Assembly (NCBI GenBank): GCA_945906935.1
Contig: CAMDSO010000001.1
Span: 67,596-131,595, forward strand
Direction of reading: 5' to 3'
DNA length: 64,000 nucleotides
From: Bordetella parapertussis
GTDB taxonomy: Bacteria > Pseudomonadota > Gammaproteobacteria > Burkholderiales > SG8-41
A program made the translations under genes and the position numbers. The notes under the pieces are model-generated. The model saw only the letters and a list, made by a program, of their open reading frames with translations, ran no database searches and was not told where the DNA came from. Of the stretch, positions 29,469-39,029 are shown piece after piece. How positions within the stretch are numbered: position 1 is the stretch's first letter; the number at the start of each line of letters is the position of its first letter.

Positions 29469-30571
29469 AAGCCCCACGCGGTATTTTGGTGGTGGTGACG
29501 CGCCGCATTGGTGACGTCTTGCTCGCCACCCCGGTCATCCGCTCATTACGCCGACACTGGCCGGATGCGGCGATCGACGTGTTGGTCTTCGGCGGCACTG
29601 AAGGCGTGCTCGCTGGCAATCCGGATATCAGGCAAGTGCTGACCATCGCCGAACGGCCGAACGCCCGCACCCATCTGCGACTGGCGATGCGCCTCTGGCG
29701 CCATTACGAGTTGTCAATTTCGCTGGTGCCGAGCGACCGCCCGACGCTCTACGCCTGGCTGGCTGGACGCCTGTCTTGCGGACTGGTTGTCGACACGCCA
29801 AAACACCGCTGGAAGAAATGGCTGCTCGGTCGCTGCAGGCCCTATGACAACGCCAACACGCACACGGTGAATGTTTATTTACGCACGCTCGAGTTGCTCG
29901 ACGTCAAAAGTCTGCCGCGGGTGATTGCCGGAGGCAGCGCAAACGACGCGGCACGGGCACAACAAAAACTGCACGAGGCCGGCGTTCACGGCGCATTCGC
30001 CGTAATACATCCCTCGCCCAAGTTCCCCTACAAAAGCTGGACGCTCGACGGCTGGCGGGAGACGGGGCGATGGCTCGCAGCGCAAGGTTTGCACGTCGTT
30101 CTAACCGGCGGGCCCGACCCCGATGAACGCGCCTGTGTGGCGGCGATCGCACAGGCCCTGCCCGGAGCGCTCGACCTCTCCGGGCAGCTAAGCCTGGCCG
30201 AAACCGCCGGCCTACTCGCACAGTGCAGCCTCTACATCGGTCCTGACACTGCGATTACCCATCTGGCCGCGGCCCTCGATGTGCCGGTAGTCACTTTGTT
30301 TGGCCCCAGCGATCCCGTGAAATGGGGACCGTGGCCGGCACAACCAAGCGGCCGCGACAATCCATGGCGGCGCCACGGTTCACAGCGCGCCGGCAAAATA
30401 TTTTTATTGCAGGGCAGCGGCCTTTGCGTACCGTGCCTGCACGAAGGCTGCGCACGCCACATCAACAGCCTCAGCGATTGTCTGCAACAACTGCCCGCCG
30501 CGCGCGTGATTGCCGCGGCGGCCGCTCTTTTGAAGGAATATCCTGCAGCCACCCCGTTGTTAACAGCGTGA
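29465..30571 (+). CDS. GT9 heptosyltransferase (heptosyltransferase III-like)
   Basis: The ATG is in an ATGA overlap with the upstream stop. Motifs include ILVVVTRRIGDVLLATPVIRSL, GPDTAITHLAAALDVP and the C-terminal CVPCLHEGC cysteine motif. Confidence 0.85.
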   Translation: MKAPRGILVVVTRRIGDVLLATPVIRSLRRHWPDAAIDVLVFGGTEGVLAGNPDIRQVLTIAERPNARTHLRLAMRLWRHYELSISLVPSDRPTLYAWLAGRLSCGLVVDTPKHRWKKWLLGRCRPYDNANTHTVNVYLRTLELLDVKSLPRVIAGGSANDAARAQQKLHEAGVHGAFAVIHPSPKFPYKSWTLDGWRETGRWLAAQGLHVVLTGGPDPDERACVAAIAQALPGALDLSGQLSLAETAGLLAQCSLYIGPDTAITHLAAALDVPVVTLFGPSDPVKWGPWPAQPSGRDNPWRRHGSQRAGKIFLLQGSGLCVPCLHEGCARHINSLSDCLQQLPAARVIAAAAALLKEYPAATPLLTA

Positions 30572-30591
30572 TCCTCAGAGAAAGTTAACCA

Positions 30592-31464
30592 TTGAATTCC
30601 GTACATCAGGGCGTCGCACGATACGTTGAAACCTGCCCGGTCGGCTGTGCCGCCGGGTTAACGAGCACCGCTGTCGTGCTGCCGGAAGGGCCGCTGCTCG
30701 CATGTGGCGCCTGCGGACAGTTGATCAGCCAGATTAGCGAAGCGGACTATCTGCAGTCGATGCAGGCGTTTAACGATGCCGGCTTCAACCTGCCCGACGA
30801 ACGTGCGGCGCAACGCCGGGCGCGTCACTCGGCACGGCGGCTGGCCCGCATCCGCGCGCTGCTCGGCGGACGTCTCGACCGCCGAGCGCGCATCATCGAT
30901 GTCGGTTGTTCACGCGGTGATTTTGTCGCTGCCGCTACCGGCGCCGGCTTTGAAGCCGAAGGCGTGGAGCCGGCGCCGCACATTGCCGCCGCCGCGCGCG
31001 CCGCTGGCCGTCGCGTGCATACGGGCCTGCTCGAAGAACAACATTTCGACGATGCACAGTTCGATGCGGTCAGCCTGTTCGAAGTGGTTGAACATTTGCG
31101 CGAGCCGTTGGCGCTGCTGCAGGAATGCAAACGCAATTTGCGGCCGGGCGGCATCATGCTGATCAGCACCGGCAATGCGGCCAGTTGGACTGCGCGCGTC
31201 ATGAAGGAACGCTGGGATTATTTCCAGACACGCAAGGACGCCGGACACATCAGCTTTTTTAACCCGCACTCGATTGGCCTCCTGGCCAAACGCGCCGGCT
31301 TCGAACTCGCCGCGGTCAGAACCAGCCGTGTGCGCTTCGCTGAAAAAAGCGATTTGCCCGCGCCCGTCTATGCAGCGGCCAAGCTGGCCGCCGAGGCACT
31401 GGCGTTACCGGCGCGGTTGTGTGGCCAGGGCCACGATATGCTGGCCTATCTGCGCAAGCGCTAA
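30592..31464 (+). CDS. Class I SAM-dependent methyltransferase with an N-terminal four-Cys segment
   Basis: It has CPVGC...CGAC, then IIDVGCSRGDF and FEVVEHLREP. The non-ATG (TTG) start is uncertain. Confidence 0.72.
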   Translation: MNSVHQGVARYVETCPVGCAAGLTSTAVVLPEGPLLACGACGQLISQISEADYLQSMQAFNDAGFNLPDERAAQRRARHSARRLARIRALLGGRLDRRARIIDVGCSRGDFVAAATGAGFEAEGVEPAPHIAAAARAAGRRVHTGLLEEQHFDDAQFDAVSLFEVVEHLREPLALLQECKRNLRPGGIMLISTGNAASWTARVMKERWDYFQTRKDAGHISFFNPHSIGLLAKRAGFELAAVRTSRVRFAEKSDLPAPVYAAAKLAAEALALPARLCGQGHDMLAYLRKR

Positions 31465-31509
31465 GTGCAGCGCCGGGTGCGTTCGCGCCCGTTCCTACAG
31501 ACCGCCGGT

Positions 31510-32400
31510 TCAGGCGGCCTTCTCCACCACATAGAGCACAGAATTGTCGGCAATACCGGCGCGGGCGAACACCGCCGAGCCAAAGTGCGCGCGGTCGAGT
31601 GCGCGCACCTGAAATCCGGCATCCGCGAGACGTGACACCAGATCACGCTTGCCATAAAGGCGCAGATGATCATCCTGCCCGTGATATTTCCAGCGTAAGG
31701 CCGGCGTATTCACCGCGGGATCTTCTTGTGTGTCATCAACCCCCTCGATCAGCGGCACCATGACGATGCCGCAACCGCCCGGTCGCAGTATGCGAAAGAG
31801 TTCGCGCATCGCGGCCCTGTCATCGGGCACATGTTCGAGTATGTGCGAACACATGAACAGATCAACCGAGTTGTCCGCATACAGCGGCATGTTCGAAATA
31901 TCAACCTGGTCATCGACGTTCGGGCGGAAATAATCTGCGGTCCGGTATTCAATATTCGGAAACGTCCGCAACAGGCGCGAGAGTGCCAGCGATGGCGCAA
32001 AGTCAATGAAGCGGTATTGGCGGCCGGCCGCGAGTGCCGCCAGGCGGCCGCGCAAAAAGAGTGCGTATAAACGCTCGCGGTCAGAAGCGTCACAGGCGGG
32101 GCATGAATACGCTGACAGATTCAGCGTTTCAAACCGCTCGATCGGATACACAAAACCCATTTCACGCAGCTTGCGCGGAAACGATTTGTAGATCGGATAA
32201 AAATGTTTGAGGCCGCCGCTGCAAACCGGGCACTCATACGCATTGCCGCCGTAGAACGGCGTTTTTAGCCAACGGACAAATGCCTTCTTGAAATCCTTGA
32301 CCTTGTAACCTTTGTAGCGTGCGAGCACTGGACGTCCTTGACAGGCGGATGATAACTGCGAGTATACCGCGTGCTTATTGCGCCACTGCGCAGGCGGCAC
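31510..32400 (-). CDS. Class I SAM-dependent methyltransferase with an N-terminal CxxC...CxxC zinc-ribbon-like segment
   Basis: It has ECPVCSG...SCPACDAS, then CSHILEHVPDD and LRPGGCGIVMVP. It is the last gene of the minus-strand operon. Confidence 0.75.
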   Translation of the reverse strand: MPPAQWRNKHAVYSQLSSACQGRPVLARYKGYKVKDFKKAFVRWLKTPFYGGNAYECPVCSGGLKHFYPIYKSFPRKLREMGFVYPIERFETLNLSAYSCPACDASDRERLYALFLRGRLAALAAGRQYRFIDFAPSLALSRLLRTFPNIEYRTADYFRPNVDDQVDISNMPLYADNSVDLFMCSHILEHVPDDRAAMRELFRILRPGGCGIVMVPLIEGVDDTQEDPAVNTPALRWKYHGQDDHLRLYGKRDLVSRLADAGFQVRALDRAHFGSAVFARAGIADNSVLYVVEKAA

Positions 32401-33778
32401 CGCGGCAGAGCAAATAGAGGCTATTGGCCGCCAGTTTATAGTGCTTGAAAGTGCGGCCCAGACGTGGATCTTCTTCGTATGCGATTACAAACCCGGACTC
32501 CCATTCCGTCGGAGCCCGTTTCAACGCCAGCGCAGGATATATAGAAGAGTCGATATAACCGGCGACGCTCATGCCGCTGGCGCTCACATCATTGACATAA
32601 AGCGGATGGCCTGCGGTTAACGTAATAATCTCACGTGCCGCCTGTGCATAGTTCTCACCACGGTAATCATGCTGGTAATACGGAAACAAAAACGCCAGAA
32701 ATATCACCTTGAAGGCCAGCATACCAACCAGCCAGCGTCGCACCTTGCCGATCACCGCTTCGCCTGAACGCCACAGGACCACCGCAGCCGCCAGCGCAAA
32801 CAGCGGATAAATCGGCAGCAGATAGCGTATACCGCTGGTCGGCGCCAACCAGTAAGGCAAATAGCACAACAGCGCCATCGCCAGGGCGACCGCCAGCACC
32901 GGCTCGGCGGTCAGGGCGATGCGACGACGCCATGCGTAAAATATCGCCAACGGCAGTACCGGCAACATCCGTAATATCGATTCCGCCGGGAAGCCGATCA
33001 ACTGGCGCAAATAAGCAGCCCCACTTTCCGGCATCAATTTGGCAACGACCTCAGCAAACATGCGCGGACCTTGGCCGCTGTTAGCAGGCACCCAATGCAA
33101 CCAAGCCAGCGGTGCCATTAAAGCGGCCACATGCATGGCAATCGAAAAACGGCCAAGCAGTAGGCGACGTCCGGAACTCGTAAATAACAGCACGAACACT
33201 GCGGAGACATAGAACACGTACGCGGTAAAAGCCTTGCTCATGAAGGCACAGGTCAACGCAAGGACAGCGGCCGCCAGTAACGCTGGTCGATCTTCTGCAC
33301 AGGCGATCCACAACGCGGCAATCGCAGCGAAAATAAACATCGCAAACAAGGGGTCCACATAGGCCAGCCAGCCGCGATACAGCGCCACATCAGCCATTGT
33401 CAGATAAACCAGCGCGGCAAACCACGCCAGACCACGGTCACGCAACAGGCGCAATACCAGCCAACCCAGTATCGCAGCCGTCGCCAACGTAGCGCCTATC
33501 GTGATGGCGCGTGCCACCGGCAACATGAATGGCCAGCCAACCAACGATGCGAAGGGGATGATGAGCCAGGTATAGAAGGGGTTATGCTGCAGATTCCCCC
33601 CATACATATGCTGCCGGACCCAGTCGCCGTTCTGCCACATCTCGAGCGCAGAAATCGGAAATATCGCTTCCTCGCCAACGTAATAAAACGCCAGGGCAGG
33701 CGCATAAGCCACTGCCGCGATGATCACGAGCCAGCGCAGGCGGGGCGTTAACAGCGGGTAAGCGTCAGAAGTATTCAC
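32375..33778 (-). CDS. GT-C fold polyprenyl-phosphate-sugar-dependent glycosyltransferase (ArnT/PMT_2-like)
   Basis: It is 467 aa and highly hydrophobic, with about 11-12 TM segments. The first periplasmic loop has an acidic motif (YYVGEEAIFP). It sits in an operon with an ArnC-like GT2 and a small 4-TM protein. Confidence 0.78.
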   Translation of the reverse strand: MNTSDAYPLLTPRLRWLVIIAAVAYAPALAFYYVGEEAIFPISALEMWQNGDWVRQHMYGGNLQHNPFYTWLIIPFASLVGWPFMLPVARAITIGATLATAAILGWLVLRLLRDRGLAWFAALVYLTMADVALYRGWLAYVDPLFAMFIFAAIAALWIACAEDRPALLAAAVLALTCAFMSKAFTAYVFYVSAVFVLLFTSSGRRLLLGRFSIAMHVAALMAPLAWLHWVPANSGQGPRMFAEVVAKLMPESGAAYLRQLIGFPAESILRMLPVLPLAIFYAWRRRIALTAEPVLAVALAMALLCYLPYWLAPTSGIRYLLPIYPLFALAAAVVLWRSGEAVIGKVRRWLVGMLAFKVIFLAFLFPYYQHDYRGENYAQAAREIITLTAGHPLYVNDVSASGMSVAGYIDSSIYPALALKRAPTEWESGFVIAYEEDPRLGRTFKHYKLAANSLYLLCRGAACAVAQ

Positions 33779-33811
33779 GTCAATGTCGGATTTGTGGAAA
33801 GCATGGTCACA

Positions 33812-35038
33812 TTAATCGGGCATATAAAGCCCGGCTGGAATTTTAGTGGTCGGTGCTGAGGCGAGCTGATATCCATCGTCCGCCCAGAAGCGCGCAAAAA
33901 TCCGCGCATAGCAAGCGGGCAACGCATGATGCTCATCGACAAACTCCGCCGCAATACAGCCGTAACGCTCCGATTGACCGGCGTCGAGAATAACAGCATT
34001 GGCCTTTTGCGCCCACGCCGCGAGGTCGCGCTTGGTTTGCATGAGCAATGGCGCGAGGCGGGGTGAAGCCAGAAAAGCCCGCTCCATGCCCGGCAACAAC
34101 GGCGGAAGAATCAACAGCAAGCGGCCGCCAGCTGCGCGCTGATCCTGCGCGAGCCGTGTTAAACGCTCAAGCAACTGCGGTTGCGGCACACCACCCGCCT
34201 TGATCAAATCAATAGCGTATTTTGAACTGGGCACCACCGCACTACCGATCAAAGTCTCGACCCGTTGCACAGGCACAGGCTCAAGATTGGCAAAGGTTGC
34301 GCTGCCATCGTAGCGAAAGCCCGTACAGGTACCGCGAAAAATAGTATCGAAGTCACGCGCCGGCGTGCCATCAGGGCAGCGATAAATCTCGCCGCCGGCG
34401 CCGAAGAACAGCGCCTGAAAGGCCGCGGCAGGCGCCGGGCCTCGGACAATCTGCACAAGGCTGGAAAATAAATTTTTGACGCGCGGCAGGGATAGCGCGT
34501 CCTGCAGTTGCTGCGTCAATCGTATCTCGCCGCCCACTTGGGGCGTATGAGCATCAGGAGCGGCAACCATGACCGTTCCCGCTAAGGCAGGCGGACGAAA
34601 CACGAAGCCGAGCGCCCAATCAAGCGGCAACAGCATCAGCTTCCATTGCCCGGGATAAGACCGCACCATGAACTCAGCCTCAGCGAGGGAGACGGGCAAT
34701 TCATTGCCGGTCTGCGAAAAATTGTAGATCGACACGCCCGGCGGAAAGATCTCCTGCGTAATGCCCATTGCGGTCGATGACCCAAACACGACGGTATTGA
34801 TCTCCGGCAACCGATCAAACAGCCGCGCTGATTTAAACGGGCGGTTGGCCGACAGCGGCGGCGCATAAGTGATGCCGCGCGTTTCCTGCTGCCAGCGGCT
34901 GGCTTCGAGCACCACCGCCACTCCGCCCAAGCTGCGTAAGCCGAACAGATAATTGAGCACAACCACCGGCAGCAGTATGGCCAGACAGGCGACGGCAAAA
35001 ATCATCACATAGCGGCGGTGTATGGGCTGTTGGTTCAT
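33812..35038 (-). CDS. DltD/AlgJ-like SGNH-type O-acyltransferase partner, N-terminally membrane anchored
   Basis: It has a single N-terminal TM helix, a block-I-like VVFGSSTAMG and a C-terminal DEHH (DxxH) motif. Its ATG overlaps the MBOAT stop in TGATG. Confidence 0.55.
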   Translation of the reverse strand: MNQQPIHRRYVMIFAVACLAILLPVVVLNYLFGLRSLGGVAVVLEASRWQQETRGITYAPPLSANRPFKSARLFDRLPEINTVVFGSSTAMGITQEIFPPGVSIYNFSQTGNELPVSLAEAEFMVRSYPGQWKLMLLPLDWALGFVFRPPALAGTVMVAAPDAHTPQVGGEIRLTQQLQDALSLPRVKNLFSSLVQIVRGPAPAAAFQALFFGAGGEIYRCPDGTPARDFDTIFRGTCTGFRYDGSATFANLEPVPVQRVETLIGSAVVPSSKYAIDLIKAGGVPQPQLLERLTRLAQDQRAAGGRLLLILPPLLPGMERAFLASPRLAPLLMQTKRDLAAWAQKANAVILDAGQSERYGCIAAEFVDEHHALPACYARIFARFWADDGYQLASAPTTKIPAGLYMPD

Positions 35039-36594
35039 CAGAACTGGAAATACAAAAATTCGGACTGCTGGTGCAGATTAAAAATCGCCAGTATCAGCAG
35101 TGCGGCGGCAATCAGCGCATAGATGGGACGCGGCGACCACTTGAGCCGGCCTTCGGTAGTATCGGCCGGCAACATCAACGCCGGCCGGCACGCTGACATA
35201 AACTGCTGCGTGTTGGGCGCAAACCAAACCACCAGCAGGAGCACCCAGATCCAGTTGATAAGCCCACCGGTGACGAGATCACGCGTCTCGCCAAACATCA
35301 CACCGTGTGCGGCCAGCCATGCCCCAAGGACGCCCCACTTCGGCAGCCAGAAATCGGGCAGCACCAGTCCGTTGGCGCCGGCCATCGCCTTGAGCATGAG
35401 CATCGCCGCGTCGAGATCAGGCGCGCGAAACACCACCCACGCCACCACCACCGCGACAAAAGTCAGCAGGATACTGCAGGCGCGGCCGACAACACTGGAT
35501 GCCTGCGGGACCTGCCCCAACCGCAGGCGCAACAACTGCCAACCATGATTAATGGCGAGATAAGCGCCGTGCAGCGCACCCCACAGCACAAAGGTCCAGC
35601 CGGCGCCATGCCACAAGCCACCGAGCACCATGGTGATCAGCAGATTCAGATAACGACGCGCCGGCCCCTTACGGTTACCGCCAAGGGGCACATAGAGGTA
35701 GTCGCGCAAAAAGCGCGACAGCGTCATGTGCCAGCGCCGCCAGAACTCGATGATATTGACCGCACGGTAGGGCGAATGAAAATTCAACGGCAGCGTCACG
35801 CCAAAAAGGCGTGAGAGGCCGATCGCCATATCCGAGTAGCCGGAGAAATCGAAATACAACTGAAAGGTATAAGCGAGTGCACCCGCCCAGGCTTCGAGTG
35901 CGCCCAGCGGAACCCCCGAGGCGGCGGCATCGAACACCGGCCGCGCATAGCCGCCCATCGGATCGGCCAGCATGATTTTCTTGAACAGGCCGATGGCAAA
36001 GATAGTGAGGCCGACTGCAGCGTTTTCGTAACTGAAGCGATAGGTCTCGGCACGCCGAAACTGCGGCATCATTTCCGCGTGATGCAACACCGGTCCGGCG
36101 ATCAGATGTGGAAAATAAGTGACGAACAAACCATAGTGTATGAAGTTGTATTCGCGCACCTTGCCGGCATATACATCGGCAAGAAACGCAATCTGGGTGA
36201 AGGTGAAAAATGAAATCCCCAGCGGCAGGATGATTTCACCTAGGGATAAGCCGCCACCGGTCAGGTGGTTGAAACTACCAAGAAAAAAATTCGCATACTT
36301 GAAGTACGCCAGCAGCAAGAGGTTGGCGCTGATCGCCGCGATCAGCCATCCTTTGGCACGCGCCTGTGCGTGCACAGCGACCGCTCGACCGATGCCAGCG
36401 CCAAAATAAAAATTGCAGACGATGGAAGCCACCAGCAGTCCGAGGTAGGCGGGGTTCCACCAGCCATAAAAGAACAGCGAGGCGGCGGTCAACCACGCCG
36501 CCGCCAGTTGCGTCGAGATCCGCGCCAGCAAAAAAAATCCTGCCAGTGTGAGCGGCAGAAAAACGAAGATGAAAGCGTTTGAATTAAACAGCAT
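35038..36594 (-). CDS. MBOAT family membrane O-acyltransferase (AlgI/DltB/PatA-like)
   Basis: It begins MLFNSNAFIFVFLP. Motifs include WRRWHMTLSRFLRDYLYVPLGGNR and LWHGAGWTFVLWGALHG, which carries the invariant His. Confidence 0.9.
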   Translation of the reverse strand: MLFNSNAFIFVFLPLTLAGFFLLARISTQLAAAWLTAASLFFYGWWNPAYLGLLVASIVCNFYFGAGIGRAVAVHAQARAKGWLIAAISANLLLLAYFKYANFFLGSFNHLTGGGLSLGEIILPLGISFFTFTQIAFLADVYAGKVREYNFIHYGLFVTYFPHLIAGPVLHHAEMMPQFRRAETYRFSYENAAVGLTIFAIGLFKKIMLADPMGGYARPVFDAAASGVPLGALEAWAGALAYTFQLYFDFSGYSDMAIGLSRLFGVTLPLNFHSPYRAVNIIEFWRRWHMTLSRFLRDYLYVPLGGNRKGPARRYLNLLITMVLGGLWHGAGWTFVLWGALHGAYLAINHGWQLLRLRLGQVPQASSVVGRACSILLTFVAVVVAWVVFRAPDLDAAMLMLKAMAGANGLVLPDFWLPKWGVLGAWLAAHGVMFGETRDLVTGGLINWIWVLLLVVWFAPNTQQFMSACRPALMLPADTTEGRLKWSPRPIYALIAAALLILAIFNLHQQSEFLYFQF

Positions 36595-36638
36595 GGCGGT
36601 GCGTCGGCGTCCTTCCGGCGGCGGAAGGCGCGTGCAGC

Positions 36639-37793
36639 TTAAGTGGCGCCGGTGCCACGCGCTGCGTAAAAGCCTTTGACCGTATCAATCACCGCGTCGA
36701 CTTCCGCATCCGTGATGCCGTAATACAGCGGCAACCGCAACAAGCGTGCGCTCAGATCATCGGTGACCGTGAAGCTGCCGCTGGCGCGGCCCCAGCGCAT
36801 GCCACCGGGGGATGAATGCAGTGGCACATAGTGCGAAACCGACAGCATGTCGCTTGCCTTGAGATGCGCCGCCAGCGCTATGCGCGTGTCCAGCGAGTCG
36901 GGCAGCACGTAGAAAATATGCGCATTGCCGACGCGATCCGGATAAGCCGCGCGCGGCAGTTCAAACACACCGCTCGCCGCCAGCGCCGACAGCCCGGCGT
37001 AATAGCGCGCCCAAAGTGCGCGTCGGCGCGCGATGACTTCGTCGCCATGCGCGAGCTGGCCTTCGAGGAAGGCGGCCACCAGTTCGCTCGGCAAAAACGA
37101 CGAGCCGATATCAACCCAGGTGTACTTATCGACCTCACCGCGCAAAAAGCGGCTGCGGTTGGTGCCTTTTTCACGAATGATTTCGGCGCGTTCGGTCAGG
37201 CGCTCATCGTTGATGAGCAAGGCGCCGCCCTCGCCGCTGATCAGATTCTTGGTCTCATGAAAGCTGATGCAGCCGAGGTGCCCGATGGTGCCGAGATTGC
37301 GTCCCTTGTAGGTCGCCAGCAGCGCCTGCGCCGCATCTTCGATCACCAACAAATGATGTTTGGCGGCGATCGCCATGATCGCATCCATATCGCAGCCGAC
37401 ACCGGCGTAATGCACCACAGCGATGGCCTTGGTGCGTGGCGTAATCGCCGCCTCGATCAAGCGCTCGTCGAGATTGACGTTGTCGGCACGCACGTCGACA
37501 AACACCGGCACCGCGCCGCGCAGCGCAAACGCGTTGGCTGTCGAGACAAAGGTGTAGGAAGGCATGATGACTTCGTCGCCCGGCGCCAGATCACACAGCA
37601 TGGCCGCCATTTCCAAGGCACCGGTGCAGGAGTGTGTAAGCAGCGCGCGCTTGCAGCCGAGGCGCTCTTCGAGCCATTGCTGGCAGCGTTTGGTGTAATA
37701 ACCATCGCCGGACAAATGGCCGCGCGCGAGCGCATCGGCGATATTGGCCAGTTCGGTGCCGACGGCAGTGGGTTTGTTAAAGGGTATTTTCAT
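36639..37793 (-). CDS. wecE: dTDP-4-amino-4,6-dideoxyhexose (4-keto-6-deoxyglucose) aminotransferase, WecE/RffA-like
   Basis: MKIPFNKPTAVGTEL, RCQQWLEERLG, EVIMPSYTFVSTANAF, SFHETKN (PLP Lys) and REKGTNRS are collinear with my recollection of E. coli WecE. An alternative GTG start lies at 37805. Confidence 0.9.
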   Translation of the reverse strand: MKIPFNKPTAVGTELANIADALARGHLSGDGYYTKRCQQWLEERLGCKRALLTHSCTGALEMAAMLCDLAPGDEVIMPSYTFVSTANAFALRGAVPVFVDVRADNVNLDERLIEAAITPRTKAIAVVHYAGVGCDMDAIMAIAAKHHLLVIEDAAQALLATYKGRNLGTIGHLGCISFHETKNLISGEGGALLINDERLTERAEIIREKGTNRSRFLRGEVDKYTWVDIGSSFLPSELVAAFLEGQLAHGDEVIARRRALWARYYAGLSALAASGVFELPRAAYPDRVGNAHIFYVLPDSLDTRIALAAHLKASDMLSVSHYVPLHSSPGGMRWGRASGSFTVTDDLSARLLRLPLYYGITDAEVDAVIDTVKGFYAARGTGAT

Positions 37794-37797
37794 GATT

Positions 37798-38670
37798 TCA
37801 TGCACTACGTTGGGCGATGAGCAGGCGGGAACCGCCGGCGGGGAAACGCATGCCGCAGCGGATCAGCATACGCTCGCAGGTCAAGACGGCGGCGAGCAGG
37901 CCGTTGGTGATAGCGCCGACCCGTAACTCGGCGAGCACGTCATAGTCTTTCACCGGCGCGGGGCGGGCGCGCCGCGACAACAGCATCAGCGGCAGCAACA
38001 GCGACACAAACGATGTGGACATCATGATTTCGAATCCGGCCCCGGTGATTTTTTCTGCAATTTCAGCGCCACCATAGCGCCGCACATGATGCGCGTGTTC
38101 GTCGTAACGGCTCCACAGAAAGCGGTGCTGCGGCACCGTCACGAGCAAGCCGCCGCCGGGCCGTAACGCCCGCAACGCCTGTGCCAGCACGCCGCGGTCG
38201 TCTTCAATGTGTTCCAGCACGTCGAACATACCGATGATATCAAAGTGGGCGCTGAACGGGATGGCGCGCGCATCCATTTGCAGCAAGGTCGCCTGCGGTA
38301 CACGGCTGGCGGCAAACGGCAGGCCGCGGCTGGAAATTTCGCTCGCGTGCAAACGTAAATCGGGGCGTCCGGCGGCGACCCCGGCGAGCACATAACCGGT
38401 ACCACAGCCTATTTCAAGATAATCGCGGGCTGCGGGGAAATAGCGCTGCAGCGCCCACAACAACAAGGCATTGCGCGCCCGAAACCAGTAATTGCCAGAT
38501 TCGAGCTGGAACAACTCTTCGAAATAGCGGTCGTCGTAGCCGTCGTTATCCACCGCCAGCGGCGGCGCAAAGGCGGGAAAGCCGTCGATCAACGCGGGCG
38601 CATGGCCGCAGGCCTCACAATGCCAGTTCTCCGCGCGTATTTCCGCCGCACAGCGCAGGCATAGCCTCAA
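37798..38670 (-). CDS. Class I SAM-dependent methyltransferase with an N-terminal zinc ribbon
   Basis: It has CLRCAAEIRAENWHCEACGH, then YLEIGCGTGYV and MFDVLEHIEDD. Confidence 0.8.
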   Translation of the reverse strand: MRLCLRCAAEIRAENWHCEACGHAPALIDGFPAFAPPLAVDNDGYDDRYFEELFQLESGNYWFRARNALLLWALQRYFPAARDYLEIGCGTGYVLAGVAAGRPDLRLHASEISSRGLPFAASRVPQATLLQMDARAIPFSAHFDIIGMFDVLEHIEDDRGVLAQALRALRPGGGLLVTVPQHRFLWSRYDEHAHHVRRYGGAEIAEKITGAGFEIMMSTSFVSLLLPLMLLSRRARPAPVKDYDVLAELRVGAITNGLLAAVLTCERMLIRCGMRFPAGGSRLLIAQRSA

Positions 38671-39029
38671 CCCTGACTCCCGACGATGATGCCCAGCACC
38701 ACCAGGGCGGCACCGGCGATCTTCAGCGGCGTAATCGCCTCATTAAAGAACACGCCGCTCAACACCATGACAAGCACGAAAGCCAGCGTGGTAAACGGAT
38801 ACGCATGCGACAGCGGCAGCTTGGTCATCGCCGCCATCCAGGTCACCGAGGCCAGCAGCGCAGCGGCGAGGCCGGAGAGTATCCACGGGTTGAGCATCAG
38901 ACGCGCCAGGAATTCGATTTTCTGCGCGGCTTCGTCAGGCAGCGCACCAGCGGCGAGCACCTGCCATTTAATAACAATCTGTCCGTAGACGGTCAGCAAC
39001 ACCGTGCACAACACATAAACATAGCTCAT
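38667..39029 (-). CDS. Small 4-TM EamA/SMR-like membrane protein (ArnE/ArnF-like candidate flippase subunit)
   Basis: It is 120 aa with four hydrophobic segments. It overlaps both neighbours by 4 nt. Confidence 0.65.
   Translation of the reverse strand: MSYVYVLCTVLLTVYGQIVIKWQVLAAGALPDEAAQKIEFLARLMLNPWILSGLAAALLASVTWMAAMTKLPLSHAYPFTTLAFVLVMVLSGVFFNEAITPLKIAGAALVVLGIIVGSQG

Noticed and set aside
31465-31509. Possible bidirectional terminator between the convergent methyltransferase genes
   Set aside because: I could find only a 5-bp stem (ccgcc/ggcgg) with no U-tract, which is too weak to call.
36816-37820. 334-aa plus-strand ORF
   Set aside because: It is an antisense shadow of wecE in high-GC DNA. 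It has Arg/Ala/Gln-rich low-complexity composition and no motifs.
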